Assembly: GCF_009914755.1 (NCBI RefSeq)
Contig: NC_060942.1
From: the human T2T-CHM13v2.0 reference genome, Homo sapiens
Length of the DNA stretch: 64,000 nucleotides
Reading direction: 5' to 3' (one strand)
Shown: positions 62,561 through 64,000 of the stretch, piece after piece
Layout of the letters: each line of letters starts with the position of its first letter
How positions within the stretch are numbered: the stretch's first letter is position 1
Translations under genes and position numbers: made by a program
The notes under the pieces: generated by a model
The model's input: the letters and a program-made list of their open reading frames with translations, nothing else
Database searches by the model: none
What the model was told of the DNA's origin: nothing

Positions 62561-63699
62561 GGAGTGGGCCTCGGACAGCAACCAGTCCGACATAAAATTG
62601 AACACCATTTCCCAGCTTTTATTTCATTATATTCTCTGTGTTTTACAGCTTTTTTCTAATCAATCCTTTCCCCCGATTAAAGTATTTTTTAAAATAACAC
62701 CACAATTGTATTGTGTATCTATTTATGCATGGAGACCCTTTGGAGAGCCACAGACCACTGTAATAGCTAAGATTTTTTTGTCCCCCAAGGACCAATTTTT
62801 ACCACATAGGAATATCATCCTTAATGAGAATATATGCAGTAACAATAGAGATTTCTTGAAGGAGCCATTGATAAATGGGTTATTTGACAAATTAATCTCT
62901 CGAGTAGAAAATACAGTTGAAGAAGTCTGAGAAACTAGCAACAGACACAAAGAACTGAGCAAGATGTTTTGTTTTGGTTTTTTTTTTTTTGAGACAGAGT
63001 TTCGCTCTTGTTGTCCAAGCTGGAGTGCAACGGTGGGATCTCGGCTTACTGCAACCTCCGCCTCAAGCAGCTGGGATTACAGGAGTGTGCCACCACGCCC
63101 AGCTGATTTTCTGTATTTTTAGTAGAAACAGGGTTTCACCATTTTAGTCAGGCTGGTCTTGAACTCCTGACCTCAGGTGATTCAGCCTCCCAAAGTGCTG
63201 GGATTACAGGCGTGAGCCACCACAAGATGTTTTTAAAAAGACAATTACTAACTCCTGAAAACACAAAATACTGTATCAGAAAGCCCAATAATTGGCTAAG
63301 CAGTGAAGAAGTGAATGACATTTAGTCATATTATAAGCAGTGAATATTAACCAAAAACTATGAGATGGAGTGGAAAGGATAGAGAGTAATTAAGCCAAAT
63401 CCTTATCAATGATAATGAGAAGTCAATAAATAAAACTTATTTAAATTTAAAACTTATTACGCCATAGACAGCCATATAAAAATATTACTTAGAAGCACAT
63501 AATCAATACCCGAGGAAAAGACTACAGAAATTGGTGGGGCAAGGTACAGATCACTGTTGTTTTTTCCTTTAAGTCTTTTTATCATTTTGTCTATGTACAC
63601 ATATCATTTTGATAAATTTATTTTTCTTTTGAGGCAGGGTCTTGCTCTGTCACCTAGGTTGGAGTGCAGTTGCGCAATCACAGCTTTTTGCACCCTTGA

Positions 63700-63999
<300 letters not shown>

Positions 64000-64000
64000 G

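Noticed and set aside
62550-62930. 126-aa plus-strand ORF
   Set aside because: No recognisable homology; spans old repeat remnants; length compatible with chance

Overview
Human (or closely related great-ape) genomic DNA, AT-rich and Alu-dense, lying entirely inside TRAPPC8 (KIAA1012, TRAPPIII-specific subunit, yeast Trs85 orthologue), which is transcribed from the minus strand. I resolved 17 coding exons (by my recollection exons 3-19; 2393 nt, roughly codons 118-915) with consistent splice sites and reading-frame phases. Main observations beyond the host gene: (1) the intron at 52962-54093 has minor-spliceosome (U12-type GT-AG) signals, and the exon after it starts with a U2 donor-like GTATGT; (2) an old FAM76A-derived processed pseudogene lies antisense in the 16-kb intron (11216-27246), cut in two by about 7.4 kb of retroelements; (3) those retroelements (L1MA-like fragment, near full-length L1PB-like element, Alu) appear to have inserted serially at one target motif; (4) a NAGNAG acceptor, closely spaced inverted Alus, several palindromes and short dispersed duplications. 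No prokaryotic-type system, RNA gene or CRISPR array is supported. Repeat boundaries and subfamily names are by eye and approximate.
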